The notes beneath the pieces are model-generated. The model worked only from the letters and a program-made list of their open reading frames with translations, was not told the origin of the DNA and made no database searches. Below are positions 23,731 through 38,985 of a stretch of 64,000 nucleotides of DNA, piece after piece; position 1 is the first letter of the stretch; every line of letters begins with the position of its first letter. A program made the translations under genes and the position numbers. The stretch lies in NCBI RefSeq assembly GCF_009914755.1, contig NC_060927.1, one strand, 5' to 3'. The DNA is from the human T2T-CHM13v2.0 reference genome, Homo sapiens.

Positions 23731-26700
23731 AATCTATGAAAAGAAATTATTACCGGCAGTTTCTTCTCTGTCACATCTGAAAATTGGTGTAATAGTGAAG
23801 AGTACTTCTATTTTTCTTGTTTCTTGAGAAACAAGAAATTTCCATTTTCTGTTGTTTTTTTCTCCACTTCGAATTATGTACCTCAATGCAGTGACACTGA
23901 CTATTATTTTAAGGCAACAGACAGGTGATTAAAGGCAAAATGAGAAACAAGAAACAGCTGTGAACAAGTGTTTAAAAAATGAGATTAAAGTCAGCGCTTC
24001 GGCTTGAATGGTAGATATCAATAAACCAGGCGTTTAATTTAAACAGTTTACTCCTTCCTGGATAGTCAGCCAGTGTCCTTTTGCCCGAGTAAAATATCTT
24101 TGGGGCTGTAGATTCAGCAGACTGATTTATCTGTCTCTGTGTCAAATGGCATCGTTACAAACTTAGAGCACAAAGTGCCGTGGCCCTTAGAGTTCAACAC
24201 ACGAGAACAAGCAATTCTCATTGTGTACAGCGCTTCGGGATTTCCAAAACGTTTCCTTGGCCATTCACAACAACCCTGCAGGGCTTATCACAATGACCAT
24301 GGAACAGGTGAAAAAACCAAGACCCCAGTCGTCCTTCAGGAGGCTACCTAGAGCTCAATATCTGGAAAGGCTATGCAACATTATAAATTACCTGAGAACA
24401 GGTTTTATCCTTTCCTCTGGTAGTTCAAAACTAATTGCCTTTTCTTTCCACTGGTGAAATAAAAGGGGGATATATACAATGGAGTTCTAGATAATACACA
24501 CCTGAACTTTAAGTTTTGAATACTTGCTTTATGACCTTTTCAATGAATCGTGTAACTTCAGACAAGTCATCTCACTTCCCTATGCTTAGAATTTGTCAAA
24601 GTAAAATAGGAATAATATTAGAAATTACCTGGAACAGGGTAAGCACTCAATAAATATCTGCCAATGTTATTATTGCAGTGGTAAGTATTCTTACGTTCTT
24701 GGCAGTATGTCCAGTGCTTAAGCATATTACAATCTATTGTATCTATCTATATCTACAGGTATCCATCCATCTATTAATATCCATCTATGTCATCTAAGTC
24801 AGCCATCTCAACAACTCTGCAAAGTAGATTATCTTATTCCCATCTTATAGGAGGGGAAACGTGCTCTGAAACATTAAGTAACTTCCCTAAAGTTTCCCTA
24901 ATAACCAGTTTACTGGTTTTGAAGTCCAAGCATTTAGACAAAGTTGTGACCTTGAAGACCCAGTTCCAGTACCAGTGTGTGACTGTCAAATCACAAGCCT
25001 TCCCTCTTTTGCCTTCCCCAGCCTCAGTTTCCCTCATCTGGAAGATAGGAAAAACCAATCCATGCCTCCTCCACATACTTCCTATGTGTAAACTGAGACT
25101 ACAGCTACAAAAACACCTTATAATTAAAATGTCAATCCGGCAAGGCCCTGTAGTCAAGCTTTCTAAAGGGTGGGAAGGTTCATGTCTGTATTGTCCATGA
25201 CTGTTTCCCCAGTTCCTAGCACTTGGACTGGGACGTAGTAGGTGCCCAATTGAAAGTAACTTAGATGAATTGGGCAAATTCATTGTTATTGCTTCCCGCT
25301 GAGTGGAGGTTTCTCAGAGCAGATGTTGCCTGAATAATCTCCAAAATCCCAGCATTCCTGTGGTCTTCAAAACAAGAACCCGAGAGGGTGGTTACAATAT
25401 TTGCCCCAGGTTTAACTGTGGTTCCAAAGAGTAAAAACAGAGCCCAGATTCCAGAAGAATTAGGTTACCTTTATGCCAGCGGCAGCTGTTCCAGATCAGG
25501 AAGGGTTGCTATCTTGCAATAATTGTGCCCCAGCCTGCCTGAGAGGCCCTCACCACAAGGAAGGTAAATCCATCAGGTCTCATAAATGGAAGTTTACAGG
25601 GAAAAATAAATGCCAGTTTCATTCATGACCTTCTTCTGCTGGCTCAGAGCGCAGCCACTATTTCGAAGCCCTCACTTAGGGAATGAAGCAAAGCATTCTA
25701 AGTCATTGTTGACTGCCCTGTGGCCATCCCTGTATTCGACTTGGATTTTTCCTACTATGCTTGGCTGACATTAAATTCCCATTCATTTTCTACTGTATCT
25801 TGGAGGAGGCATACATCTGAGGATGATTCATGCCTGGAAAAGAAATGAAGAAAACTCTCCAGAGGCAGCCATTTATTTGGTTGCAGATAAAGATGTAAAG
25901 GAAACTAATCAAGGCTTTTGTTTTTAATTTATGTTCAATTTTGGAATGCACTATTATCAAAAGACCAAAGGAATACGTTTGCAGTGTCTCAATGATTTCA
26001 GCAGCTAGGTCACAAGAGAAAGAGCTGAAAGTTAAAGAATCTGCAAACAACCTTCCAGGGTTCAGTGGGAAGGTGTCAGGAGCGAGGCAAGAACTCCAGG
26101 TCTCTCCTTTCCTGGGACTCCCCTCTTCATAGAGAAAGTCACTCACAGTATTATTACACCCACTCATGCGGCAATGCAGACTCAACTACCAGCCCTGCCC
26201 CTTATTAGATACTGACCCTGGGCTAGATGCTTAGCTTCTTTGAGCCTCAGTTTTCTCACCTGCAAACTATAATGTTTGCTTATATCTGAGTCGTTCTGAA
26301 AATTCCAGTGGCCCATTGAGTGACAAACTTTGCAAATGGAGAAGTGCTTATCAGAGTTTGAACTTTTCTTTAATTGCATCGTGTCTCATCTTTCCCGCCC
26401 CTATCATCCCTCCTCCAAAGGGACAACGAGTTCTTTTAAGGCAAGATCTGTGTCTCGCCCAGCAGTGAAATGCTGTTCAAAATGAACACGTTTTGAAATA
26501 TCTAGGCTTAAATTCTACCTTCAACATATCGTGGCCTTGTCAACTTAAGCAAGTTTCTTAAACTGATACTCTTTTTTTGTCTTCTTGAAAATGAGCTCAT
26601 ACTATTTTTCTCCAGTGTTGGTGTGACGATTAAATAAAATAACAAATGAATAGCACTGGCCACTTACTAGATCCTCAAAGGATGTTCATTCCCTTCCCTT

Positions 26701-27254
26701 TTTGCTTATCTCAATATACCTGTTTTTATAGCCTTACAGTTTTCAGCACTGGGCCTCTGCACATAGTGTGGGCCAACTTAGTGTTTTCTAGATAAATAAT
26801 TGGTGCTAGATAAATACTTTGTTCTAGACTAGCTGACTAATTTACTCAACCTTGCAGTGCAACAAGAGTCACTTTCCAACAACACATTTTAGTTCCCTAA
26901 TTACTACTTTCTTTGTGGGAAACCCAGAGGTAACTAATAGAAATGATATCCATTCAGTTATTAAAAGCAACAAGGTAGATTTCCATGGTCTGGTATGAAA
27001 ATCATTATCATCTGTTTTGTAACCCTAAGTGCTAACAGGCACCAACCTAACAGCTTTACAAACATTTGTTCCTTTACTCCTCATAACAATCCTATAGTTG
27101 AAGCTCCTGTTACTAACCCCATTTTGTGAGGAAACTGAGGCACAACAGGCATAAAGAAGGTCTCCAACCGTATGAAAGATGAAATTCAAATCCCAGGACC
27201 ATGAATGGAATTCACTATTAGGTAATTTAAATACGCACATGTATACATAGGTAA

Positions 27255-27900
27255 AACCACACACTGCAATTAGTTTAGGCAACCATAAAGTTAGAGAGCA
27301 CTGTCCCCAAGACCATCTTCATTTCTCACGCCAATTGTATACTCAGAGGGATTCCCAAAACCCTCAGCTTCAATAATTTTCTTAAAAAAACTCACTAAAA
27401 GCGATTATACTTGCAGTTCAGTTTATATTACAGTGAAAGAATACAGATTAAAATCAGCCAAGAGAATAAGCTGATAGAACAGAGTGTAGGAGAAGTGCCA
27501 AAGGCAGGGCTGTCATTGTCCTCTTCCCAGGGAGTCATGGACATGTTAGTCTCCTGGTACCCATATGTGACAATATACACAGAGCACTGCTTAACAGGGA
27601 AGGTTGTCTGAGCCTTGGTATTCACAGTATTTATTGAGGTTTCATTACATAGGTGTAATTGATTGATTGGTGGATTGATTGCCCACATGGTTGATCTAGT
27701 CTCCGAGTCAACTGATACTGCATGATCCAAAGCCCCCACCCTCAATCACACTGTTGGTCTTGCTGGTGTGGTCAGCCCCACCTGAAATCACGTTACTATC
27801 TGGCAAGCTTGGGGCCCTAGACAAACAAAGATCACCTCCTAGGAGTTGAGGGCAAAACCAGACCTTCTTGTAGGCAAGGTTAAACTCTTTACTGGATGCA
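27255..27900 (-). mobile_element. MER21C-like LTR
   Basis: ttacagtgaaagaatacagattaaaatcagccaag; end ccagaccttcttgtaggcaaggttaaactctttac. Confidence 0.75.
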
Positions 27901-28039
27901 CACATATACAGCTGCACTTGTATTTACACAAACAATACAAAGTGTATACAAATACAGAGAAAAAAGACTGGAATAAAACAGTTAACATTCAGAATTGATT
28001 GAAATGGAACTTAAATAATTTACTCTACGTATTCTTCCT

Positions 28040-28343
28040 TTATTTATTTATTTATTTATTTAAAGACAGGGACTCACCTGTCACCCAGGCCGGAGTGCAG
28101 TGGTGTGATCACAGCTCACTGCAACCTTGACTTCCTGGTCCCAAGCAATTCTCCCACCTCAGTCTCCCAAGTAGCTGGGACCACAGGTGCACACCACCAC
28201 ACCCAGCTAATTTTTGTATTTTTTGTTGAGATGGGGTCTCCCCATGTTGCCCAGGCTGATCTCAAACTCCCGAGCTCAAGCAATCCTCCTAGCTCAGCCT
28301 CCCAAGGTGCTGGCATTACAGGCATGAGCCACTGCACCCAGCC
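28040..28343 (-). mobile_element. AluJ with (TTTA)n tail
   Basis: Reverse-oriented dimeric Alu. Confidence 0.92.
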
Positions 28344-30066
28344 ATATTTCTCTATTTTTCAAATTCTTTCCAGTGAGAATATATTTGCATATATTGCTTG
28401 TGAAAATAGTTATCTTTAAGACTTTAGGGAATAAAGAAGAAAGAGAAAAGAGATTCTACTGTGGCCACCAGGCCAGCAGACATGGTGCCAGGTCTGAATT
28501 TCCATGTCATTCTATAAATAGTATAAAATCTGCTGACTTAACTTGGTGTGGAATGGCATGAGCTGGCCATATCGCAGGAATTCACAGTTGGGAAATCCTA
28601 GTGAAATGGCACAAAGTTGGGATTCAGGAGGAAGGGGAGTAAAGGAGACCAATCCAGGAGAGAAATGATCATCAGACAAGGATCAGGTTGACCTGTGGTG
28701 AGCTGGCATCTAAGGCTGGCCTGAGTCCTGCCAGAGGAGAAGGGGGGACAGTGGCTGGGATGGAGAACACGGAACTCAGGTCTTGGCATTGAAAATGGGG
28801 AATGGGAGGTGAAGGTCAGAGGCGCAGAAGGAATATTCCCCACCCTGAGCCTCCTCCAGCCTGAACCCCGGCCAGTAGCCCAGAGGTGAGTGGCAAAGCC
28901 ACGTGTCCATCCTGTGTGTTGCTGCATGGCACTGTTCCCTCCTCTGGTGCTAGCCACTCAAAAGCACTTCCAGCTCGGTACCCCGGGAGCTCCCTGCTTC
29001 ATGCCACAACTCACTGCACAGAGCAAGGCAGGCCTCGGCCCACCTGTCGCTGCTTGTCAGGAAACACTGCTGGGCCTCTGGTCTATGGGCCCCAGCTGTC
29101 CCAAAGGCAAGGCCTGGAGGCTTTTACTTTTGAAATGCAGCTGCATTTTCCTCTCTACAAAGACTTCCTAACAAAACCTAACAGCAAAGAAAAGCAAACT
29201 TACAAAATGTCACCTGCTTGAGAAACACAAATTGGGAATCATTTTGAAAGCATAATTCAAGCACCATATGGAACCTAAATTATTCACATTCTCCAGCATT
29301 TTTTCCTTTTTAAAAGAGTCACAGCTTTTTCAAAAGAGCTCATAGTACTGTTAGAGGCAGGGCAGTGAAGTAACAAATGCAACAGTCTACTGTGTACTGG
29401 GTACTGCGTTCAGTCCGTTAATCCTCACAGTGATTCTGCAAAATACTACTCCTATTTCACAGATGAGAAAAACTAAGGCCCCGAGAGGCTAAGAAGCTCA
29501 AGGCCACACAGCCAGTGACAGGAAGGACCACTGTGCAAACCCCAGACTATCTGATGTTAGAGTCTAGGGTCTCTCCAGATGGTACTGAGAGCTCCCAGCC
29601 CTCAGATGGCCTGGTTAAATCTACCTATCACACTGACCTATGGTCACTTGGTGCCCATCAGGCATCATCTCCAAATTCCACACACCTTGAATCCCAAAAT
29701 GAGCTGGACTGACTTTAAAGTCATCTCTTCAGGGGAACACATTTTCTAAACCAAAGAGCAAGCCCAGGGTCCAACAGACGAACGTTATTCTCCTTCAGGT
29801 ATAAAAGTCAGTCTGGGAAGTTGACATTTGGATACCAAAGTGTGGTCATTCCAGGGATAGCTCAATGGTTTTTGAAGGCCATGGGGCAGAGCAGCAGGTC
29901 TTGGGACAACCCAGCAACTCCATGCTCCCACAGCACCCTGTGTGCCCCTCCAGCCTGCCCCTTACCACAGGCATGGAGGCTAGTGATTGCCATGTGTCTC
30001 TCCCGCTGGTCTGTGACATGGAGGACAAGCCAGTGTCTCAGTCGTCTCTGCACCCGGCACCCGGAG

Positions 30067-30427
30067 TAATATGGTTTGGCTGTGTCCCCATCCAAATCTC
30101 ATCTTGAATTGTAGCACCTATAATTCCCACTTGTTGTGGGAGGGACCGGGTGGGAGATAATTGAATCATGGGGCTTGTTTCCCCCATACTGTTCTCGTGG
30201 TAGTGAATAAGTCTCGTGAGATTTGATGGTTTTATAAGGGCCTTCCCTTTTGCTTGGCTCTCAATCTCTCTTGTCTGCCACCATGTAAGACGTGTCTTCT
30301 GCCTTCCACCATGATTGTGAGGCCTCCCCAGCCAGGTGGAACTGTGAGTCCATTAAACTTCTTTTTCTTTATAAATTACCCAGTCTTGGATATGTCTTTA
30401 TCAGCAGTGTGAGAACAGACTAATACA
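30067..30427 (+). mobile_element. THE1(B/C) solo LTR
   Basis: atatggtttggctgtgtccccatccaaatctcatcttgaattgtag...gaacagactaataca. Confidence 0.92.
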
Positions 30428-31169
30428 CAGGGCAATGGTGAACACAGAGACCATGCTCAGAGGAAAAAAACTTTTCAATGGAAGGAGGGGAAGGGAAGGA
30501 AGGCAGAGAAAGAAGGAAAAGAGGAAGGAAAATAAAGCAGATAAATGTGAGACCTATTGTCCCTCTAGTTATGAACCCACTGAGTTCAGCCTCTGGAAAA
30601 GCTTCCACAGGGGAGCTGACCTGCACGAGGCTGGAGGCTCCCCTTTCCTTGCACCTGTCACTCAGGATGCAGCCCTTCCTTGTGACCTCAGCCAGAAGCC
30701 CAGAGTCTCCATCACCTGCTAATCAGCCCCAGGGACCCTGTACAAGCAGATGCCCCACTGAACGCCACTGCCTCATGGCTTGCCTCCCTTCTGGCTTCCA
30801 GGGCAGCCTGGAGATTGCTAACCTTCTATACAGTGGGCAGCGATCACTAGGAGGTAGCACAGGCTAGCTGTGCACAGGGCATAGGTAGTTCAGCTCATTG
30901 TCTCATTGCCTAAGACAAGACACCTCAGCCAGGAGTTGTGTGTAGACACAGATAATCTAGATCACAACCAGGCTTCCCCTAACACTCTTATGAGTGGGTG
31001 AAGAAATGGGAGCTATGTGGCTGTACAACCTGTAATGTGCTGAATGACCACCCCCAAAAGGGTGTTGAGTAACAGCTTCACGCGAGCCTGAAAGGGATGC
31101 ATGTGCCAGCCCAGACGGCGTGTTTATCAGTGACGTGGGGTAAGGCACACAGCGTGCTCATCAATGGCG

Positions 31170-31900
31170 TGGGTGGCACTGTGATGAGAAGGGCTGCCAA
31201 ATGTTGAATGAGAAAATTAGGACCCAAAAATATCCAGGCATCTTGGAACAATATAGCATGGATCCAACAAGGCAAAATTTTAATGGGGACAGATGGTGGA
31301 AAGCTCTGTGCTTGGGCCCTGAAATGCAGCTGCCCTAATCCCAGAGGGCGTAGCACAGAGTACTAGCAGCATGTGTGAGGAAGACGTGGGGAGGTTTGTT
31401 GCATGTACAGAGTGTGGGGTGTCTGCTAAGCAGAGCTGTGATCGCAGATGTGGGGTGGGGGGTCAGAATAAAGTGAGTGTCCTCCTTTTCCTCGCTCCGA
31501 TTCGGAGCCGCCAGAGCCCCACCCTTGGAGGAGAGTGAAAAACAGTGGAAAATGGTGAGGAGTGATGGGGACTGAAGCCATGTCTTATGAGCAATGGCTG
31601 AAAGTGCTATGTTTAGCATAGAGAAGAAGCTCAGGAGGACATGAGAGCTGCTTTCAAATATCTGAAGGGCTGTCACAAGGAAGAAGAATTCAAACTTTTT
31701 CTGTGTGGCTCCACAGGGCGAAGCCAGTGCAATGCCAGTGACGTCAAGGAAGATTTGGGCTATGTAGAAGTCAGCTCGGTACTGACCAGCAGTCAGGGCT
31801 GTCAGAGGATAAAATGGGTTGTCTCCAGAGAGACTGAGCTCCCCGTCACTGGAAGTCATCAAGCACAACAGAACGACCACCTCAGAGGGGTACTAAGAAG
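31170..31900 (+). mobile_element. L3/CR1 LINE fragment
   Basis: Residual CR1 ORF2 C-terminal peptide AAFKYLKGCHKEEEFKLF; gagctccccgtcactggaagtcatcaagc. Confidence 0.75.
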
Positions 31901-33045
31901 GTCGTCGCTGGCCAAGATGCTCCCTGTGGGCCCTTTTATCTCCAGGAACTGAGCCTTTTTCCTGGGAGGCCTCAGGAAGGAAACACCGCCTCTAGTCAAG
32001 GTGTAGCAAAGCACCTTTTTCTTAAATTCTCCGGCCAACCCCTCTCAACAGCTGCCATCCCACTGACTCCTTCTCCTAAATTAGGCTCCCTGGGGCCTCA
32101 CACAGGGGTTAGAGCTCAGAGACAAGGGCTCCAGAAAGTAATTAAGTCCATGCTATCATCACTCAACTTGTCCTAAAGAACACCGAAGCCCCAAGGGCAG
32201 GTGGCCAAGTTTCCTCAAATTACCATTCTTGTAGCAGATTTTGGCCCCTTGTCCCTGAGGGCCCAGGCCTCAGCAAGGCGACACCTGCCAAATGGCAACC
32301 AAAATAGAGCTGAGCCCTGCGACCCAGGCTATCACCCAGAAAAGGGGACGTTTAGTCAAGGACATGGGGAAGTGGCTTCCCGCATCCTTGCCCCTTCTCC
32401 CTCCACTGGGGTCTGCAGTTGTTTTCTTCTTAATCAGCCAAACAGTCAGGAATGAGGGACAATCCCAGCTGTGAGATGGAAGTGAGACATGTTCAGATGG
32501 GCGAGACTGGGCATGAGTCTTGGGCGTGGGAGAACAGCAGGGCTTCGGAGCACAAGAAGTTCCTGAGAACACCCAATCCCCTTGCTCGGCAGACATGAGC
32601 TAGTGCTCGGCAGACATGCTAGGCATTTTGCTATAGGGCAGACTCGGTTCTAATGGTGGGAAAGAAAGGGAATAACAAATGAACAAACGTTCTGTTTTGT
32701 GGCATTTGAATACACTGGAGCCCAGAGAGGTTGAGTGACTTGGCCAGGGTCACAGAGCAATGGCAAGGCTAAGGGTCAGACCAGGCTTCCTCTCAGCTTT
32801 GGTCAAAGTGTTGTTAGAAATGTCAGCCACACTGGGCCCAGAAGCACAAAGGAGGCCCTTGCATCCTCCAGTCTACCAACTCTCTCGTCTCTGGAACCTC
32901 TTTTTTTCAGGGAATCAGAGTTCCTAAGAATAAAAGCTCCTAAGGCAGTAGCCAATACACAGTCTCTGAGTGTCTACAGGAGGGAGGTTGGAACCTCACA
33001 GAGTAGACAACACCCAGAAGAGCTTAGGGACTCCAAAGACATTGG

Positions 33046-33721
<676 letters not shown>

Positions 33722-34991
33722 TGCTTCCTTCCCAAATGTCCCCTGTTGGGATAATTGTAAACATAAAGGACACGGGAAGAAAGATGAAGACATGCGAAAG
33801 GAGGAGAAAAGGCAGATGAAGACACTGCCAAAATGGGTGGACCACATCGGAGTCCTCACCCAAATAAATCAACTTTAAATAAATATGTTTACCTACCAGA
33901 AATGACATAAGGTTCAACCTAATACACTCTGAAGTATTTGTGGATGAAATAACATAATTATAGGATTTCCTTCAAAATAGCCTAATGGGGGTGCCAGAAG
34001 AGGGAGGTGCTGACAGATGAAATAACCTCAGTTAATAATCGTTGAACTGCTGGCTGAGTACAAAGGGGCCTTGTTATATTTGCTCTTCCCTCTACTGTTG
34101 TATACATTTGAAATGTTCCATAATTAAAGTTTGAAAAAATATGTTGCCAATATTTTGAGCATCACTGCTAATGTCACAGCCTAGAAAGAGAATTTTTAAA
34201 AGGATGTGAATATTTTGCAAAGGTCAATTTTGGTATCCATAATTATGTTAGTTCTTATTAGTCTTCCTGGAAGTCATTTGGCCAAACTGCTATTGAATAG
34301 GACAAGGACTGGGAAAATTACACTCATCAAAATAACCCATCAAAATAATGGCAAAAAAGAAAAACTCAACAAAATAATGACAAAACTGTTTCTCATCCTC
34401 ACTTCTTTTCCAAGGGACCAATTTACCAGCTTTGCCTCCTTAGTGGGGAGGGTCCTCTGTGGAAGCACCTAGAAGTGGGGAGCGTTTCTTGTCCATTTAA
34501 TTGCTTCATGGTTATCTCTGAGCTGGGCTATTGCCCCCTTGGCTCCAGTGATGTCACACACAAGTCGACTTTGGAGATTTAAGCAATCCTTCTGCAGTGC
34601 CTGGCCCATCCCAAACTCAGCTGCTCGGATGCCTTCTCTAAATAGAAGCCTTGTTTAGTGATGCCTACCCTTTTGCCTGCCTACAGAAGCCAGGCTGAGA
34701 GGCCAAGCTGATTAGTTATGAGCTAATTTTTACCTGTGTCCACCTGTTGATGTCCATTTCCACAGGTCCTGAATAGTGTAGTCACGTGGTGTGTAATATG
34801 ACAGCCTGTCTTTGAAGCAGGACTGTCCATGGTGTAGAGTGAGTATCACTGGCCATTCAGGGCATGGCTTTCAGTGCTCCACAAATCTAGCATAAAGTAA
34901 CATTGACTCATACAGTGAAAAATTGACCATATTCTTTTATCACTTCTCCCCAAATCTACCTGGTTACTTCAAGGAGAAAGTCTCACTTTGA

Positions 34992-35272
<281 letters not shown>

Positions 35273-35835
35273 AGTCTCTCTTTGTTGCCACTATGTCTTT
35301 ATCACCTTTCTAACATACTTAATCTCCCTTTTTAGCAAAAACAAAAGTGTTGTCAGGTATCTAACTAAATAGAATAGTTTGGTTTGATTTCATCATATTT
35401 AATTCTGTAGCTACTTTCTATTTATAAAAGTAATGTTGGTATCATGTATAAGCATAAGATGTGATACCAGCCAAATGATGTTAGTTCCCATGTATAACCA
35501 TAAGACAATGTAATAAAACATAAAGTAAATATAATTCAGATATTCTGAAAATTACAAAGAAATAGATTAAACACACAGCTAATGAAGTTTGCATAGGTCC
35601 TTCCTGAAGCTGTCCCAGCACCACTCAATAAAAGAGATAGCATACAGGAGAAAAAGCCAGAGTGAAAAAAGAAGGCAACCTTAATTGATTGGGATTAAGT
35701 TATCCAACTTTTCAAATTCCAAAAAGCACAGGACCATACGAATACATTTTGTATGTTTTTTTTTTTTTCTCAAAAAGGTATCCTGCCATCACCTAGCCTA
35801 GAACTTCAGGAATCATCCTTGCCTTTCCCCTCATA

Positions 35836-36222
35836 TCTCACTTATCATCTCCATCCTTCATAGTTATAACCATCATTATCATTACCATCACAATCACCAT
35901 GCTCACTTTCACTGTCATCATCATCACCATCATCAATGTCATGACTGTCATCACCACCATCATCATTATCACCATCATTATAACCATTATCATCATCATC
36001 ATCACCATCATCAGTGTCATCATTATCATCACTATCATCAATGTCATTGCTGTCATCATCACCATCATCATCACTATCATTATCATAACCATTATCATCA
36101 ACATCATAAATATCATCACTGTCATCACCACCATCATCATCACCATCATCATTATCATAACCATTATCATCACTATCAATGATCACTGTCATGATCATCA
36201 TCATCACCATTATCACCAACAA
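35836..36222. repeat. Degenerate (CAT/CAC/TAT)n trinucleotide tract, ~390 bp
   Basis: Continuous 3-nt periodicity; adjoins the tail of a minus-strand MIR. Confidence 0.95.
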
Positions 36223-37030
36223 TAGCCAATAGTATTTACTGAATGCTTCTTATGAACCAGGCATTGTGCTTCACCTCCATTTTAGTTATTTCAGTGAATC
36301 CCTCACAAGCAGAGATGCTGTTATCCAGTCTGTCTTACAGTGGATGAAACAGATTTAGAGAGGTTAAATAAACTGCCCATGTTTACACACCAGGTAAGCA
36401 GCAGGGTCAGGATTTGAACCCTGGTCTGTGGTTAGAGTCCAAGCTATTAATCACTACACCCTCCTGCCTTTAGTTGAATCACTGACCTACCTTAGACTTT
36501 CAGTATTTCTTTCCTCGACTTCAATACTACCTAACCAACCTGCTGTACGCCTATCTCCTCCTTCTCATATGGGAAGTCAGTCATTCTTTCTAAGCCATCA
36601 GCACAGTCTATATAACACTCAAATCTTTCCCCACCTAAAATCTTTCAAAGGGGCTTCACCCACTAAATAGTATAAACTCTTTGCACCTATTAGGATTTCT
36701 TGATGGAAAGCAACAGGAAAAACTCTGAGTAATTTAAGAAAGGAAAAAAAGGCAAAGACAGGGAATTTATTGGAAGGATCCCAGGTCGTTCATTTAAGCT
36801 GAGCCTGGAGCCTAAGATATGGTGAGTACTCATCGTAAGTTTGTTAAGTGGATAAATGAATGAAAGCAGAAGTGAAGGAAGGGGGCAGGCTTGGTGGACC
36901 CCACAGATTTCTAAGCAGAACTATAGAGATCCACAAAATTGCTTCAGAAACCTGTAGTGGATGAGACTCTGGGCCACACCTACCGCCTCTCACTACTTCC
37001 ATCTGTTTATGAATTGAGAAGATTTGTGTA

Positions 37031-37338
<308 letters not shown>

Positions 37339-38093
37339 TTAAGACACATTTTCTAAGGGAGTTTACCTCTTTAAAATCATGGGTAAAGTAAGTAAAGCAC
37401 CAGCCTGGAATTTGGAGGTATGCATTGTTTTCCTGGTTTTACCACTCGCCAAGTGAATGCTTTGGGGCTAGACATGGCCCCTCTCTCAGCCTCAGTTTCC
37501 ACATCTATAAGATGGTCACATCCAGCAACTCTAAGTTGCCCACACTCAGGGAGAAGAGCAATGCAAGATGACTACATAAATACTGGATAAGCCCAAACAC
37601 AAGCCCTGAAGATCTACTTTCTTAATTGCATTTTTAAAGTTAGTATTTAAATGAGCTATACCCAGTCACAGGCAATGGTGAGGCCCCAGGGTAGTGATGG
37701 GGAGAGGGCCTTGTCCAGGGTTTCCATAGCTACTTCTAATAATCCACTAAATGCATTTCTAGCATCGGGATAAGTAGTAGGAAGATGAAAATTAAAATAG
37801 GTAAGAGGTGGGATTTATCCACCATCCAGCAACTTCATAATGCAATAGAACATAAATTTGGGATGGATTTGTGTGTGTGTGCATGTGTGTGTGTGCACAC
37901 TCGTGCACATGGGTAAATGTGTGCTCAGTGGAAAATGCCCAAGAAAACTTTTCCAACATTAACCCACACAGAGGAGGAAGCTGAGGCTCAGACAGGCTAA
38001 GTTTCCACTTCTTTTACTACTGTTGACTTTGTACTAATGGTCTCCACAGGCCAGTGTCTCCAGGTCTCCACATCTAGAAAATATTTACCCTTC

Positions 38094-38446
38094 CGATATG
38101 GTTTGGCTCTGTGTCCCACCCAAATCTCATCTTGAATTGCACTCCCGTAATTCCCACGTGTTGTGGGATGCACCCAGCGGGAGACAATTTGAATCATGGG
38201 GGTGGTTTTCCCATACTGTTCTCGTGGTAGTAAATAAGTCTCATGAGATCTGATGGTTTTATCAGGGGTTTCCGTTTTTGCATCTCCCTCATTTTCTCTT
38301 GCCACCACCATGTAAGAAGTGCCTTTTGCCTCTCACCATGACTCTGAGGCCTCCCCAGCCATGTGGAACTGTAAGTCCAATTAAACCTTTTTTTCTTCCC
38401 AGGCTCGGGTATGTCTTTATCAGCAGCGTGAAAATGGACTAATACA
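38094..38446 (+). mobile_element. THE1B-like solo LTR
   Basis: gatatggtttggctctgtgtcccacccaaatc...ggactaataca; 5-bp TSD CCTTC (38089, 38447). Confidence 0.94.
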
Positions 38447-38985
38447 CCTTCCATCAACATCCCATACATAAATACTTTCTAAATCACACCCTGCTCACTT
38501 CTCCTCCAAATGGATCTGGCTGCCCAAGAAGTCTCTGAGAGGAGGCTGTGGTGCCCTCTGAATTCATGTGAGGCAGATGCTGATATGTTCATCCACGTGA
38601 ACTCAACTTACAGTTTTCGCTCTAAGTGGGTTGGCACCAACACACCATCGACCTGCCAAAACTCTCCTATGTTCTTTGGACTCAAGCCCAGGGTCATCAC
38701 ATCACTTTCCAGGGAGTGGTGGAATTGGCCCCAGAGGGCAGAAACATCTGGAAAGTAGAAAGTAGGCACATATTACTCTTGGAACCCTCACGCACACCGT
38801 GCGCTCACTAATCGGCATGGGGTCACCTTTAAGACCAATGGAAGTGAAACCCGGAAGCAAGGCAAGGCCTGGGGGAGGGGCTGGGATCTGGAGTGGAGCC
38901 AATGCCTGGAAGCAAGCCCCTACTAAACTCCATGCATTGAGACACACACTGTCCTAGGGGACTGGCAGGAGAAATGTTTTTAGCA

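Noticed and set aside
31641-31952. 103-aa ORF with protein-like sequence
   Set aside because: Remnant of L3/CR1 ORF2, not a host gene.
35838-36225. Long Asp-rich, Met/Val-rich and Ile/Thr-rich ORFs
   Set aside because: Artefacts of the (CAT)n tract; no splice or promoter support.
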